Virus record (IMG/VR): IMGVR_UViG_3300012940_000100
Coordinates: 1-25,045 of that record
DNA length: 25,045 nt
Reading direction: 5' to 3' (one strand)
DNA from: a virus
Lineage: Duplodnaviria > Caudoviricetes
In this document: piece after piece, positions 24,473 to 25,045 of the stretch
Position numbering within the stretch: position 1 is the stretch's first letter
Layout of the letters: each line of letters opens with the position of its first letter
Translations under genes and position numbers: made by a program
Notes under the pieces: model-generated
What the model saw: the letters and a program-made list of their open reading frames with translations, nothing else
Told to the model about the DNA's origin: nothing
The model's database searches: none

Positions 24473-24733
24473 CTACCGGATCAGCTTGCCGTTGACGATG
24501 CCCGGCGCTTTGTAGCGGGCTCCCGGGACAAGACGGATGGTCACACGCGCCGATCCGCATTTCGAGCAGCGCAGCTTCGGCGTGAGCGAATCGTGCGAGA
24601 CCTCGAAATCGTAGCCGAGGCGCGCTCCGAGGGCGTGCAGATCGAGCCGCGCGGGATGATGGCAGGGCGCGCTGCAATGCGCCCACACCTCGCTTTCGTC
24701 CTCGATCAGGTCGCGGATGGTGTCGAAGGGCAT
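24473..24733 (-). CDS. Small zinc-ribbon protein (86 aa)
   Basis: CSAPC...LRCSKCGS cysteine pairs. Confidence 0.75.
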   Translation of the reverse strand: MPFDTIRDLIEDESEVWAHCSAPCHHPARLDLHALGARLGYDFEVSHDSLTPKLRCSKCGSARVTIRLVPGARYKAPGIVNGKLIR

Positions 24734-24742
24734 CCCGGCAGA

Positions 24743-24844
24743 CTACCGGCAGCACAGCGCCTGCACCAGATGCACGACTCCCCACCATGCGCCGATGACG
24801 AGAAGGGCGATCACAAGCTCGCGGAAGCGGGGAAATCGTCGCAT
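24743..24844 (-). CDS. Candidate 33-aa membrane peptide MRRFPRFRELVIALLVIGAWWGVVHLVQALCCR
   Basis: Below the ORF-track cut-off; basic N-terminus plus a single TM helix; weak RBS. Confidence 0.4.
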   Translation of the reverse strand: MRRFPRFRELVIALLVIGAWWGVVHLVQALCCR

Positions 24845-24846
24845 CT

Positions 24847-24866
24847 TTTCGACGAAGCTTTCGACG
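24847..24866. repeat. Direct repeat tttcgacg x2 (12-bp period), candidate integrase arm-type sites
   Basis: 24847-24854 and 24859-24866, about 30-45 bp from the tRNA 3' end. Confidence 0.5.
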
Positions 24867-24892
24867 TAGCAGACCGGGAACCTGCTAAGTAC

Positions 24893-24969
24893 TGGTCGGA
24901 GTGAAAGGATTTGAACCTTCGTCCCCCTCGTCCCGAACGAGGTGCGCTACCAGGCTGCGCTACACTCCG
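24893..24969 (-). tRNA. tRNA-Pro (anticodon CGG), CCA encoded; probable prophage attachment site
   Basis: CGGAGTG/CACTCCG acceptor stem, CCTCG-TTCGGGA-CGAGG anticodon arm, GAAGG-TTCAAAT-CCTTT T arm; 77 nt. Confidence 0.98.
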
Positions 24970-24985
24970 TCACCAGCGGACCGTG

Positions 24986-25014
24986 GATATAGACGGGGCC
25001 GCGCATGGCCGCAA
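24986..25014 (-). promoter_or_regulatory. Host sigma70-type promoter of the tRNA gene
   Basis: Minus strand reads TTGCGG-N17-TATATC, 16 bp upstream of the mature tRNA. Confidence 0.7.
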
Positions 25015-25045
25015 CCCAAACTTGGGGCGGCCGAAGGCTTATTCC

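Larger units (their letters stand above)
1..24892. mobile_element. Prophage, late half (podovirus-like morphogenesis and lysis modules); continues beyond the left edge
   Basis: Colinear terS-terL-portal-scaffold-capsid-adaptor-nozzle-ejection-fibre-lysis genes; no tape measure or sheath gene; the region ends at the 3' end of a tRNA gene. Confidence 0.95.

Overview
This window is the late (structural and lysis) half of a temperate podovirus-type prophage in a high-GC bacterium, probably an alphaproteobacterium (inferred from protein motifs and promoter style). It ends at an intact minus-strand tRNA-Pro(CGG), the likely integration site. Gene order: a leftward small-gene operon ending in an HTH regulator; back-to-back promoters; a ~280-nt leader of tandem hairpins; terS-terL; portal; scaffold; major capsid; adaptor and nozzle; a GNAT-like protein; several ejection proteins; a reverse-strand membrane/lipoprotein moron; a cell-wall-hydrolase protein with a ~500-aa disordered tail; tail fibre and chaperone; an HNH-type endonuclease next to the apparent stump of an earlier lysin; and a translationally coupled lysozyme-holin-protease-HTH/metallophosphoesterase cassette with no recognisable spanins. 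The most unusual observations are the hairpin-array leader RNA, the protease and phosphoesterase extension of the lysis operon, a gene flanked by 17-bp repeats that both encode GGLGL, the lysin-replacement scar and the disordered hydrolase. All family assignments come from motif recognition and synteny; no database search was run.
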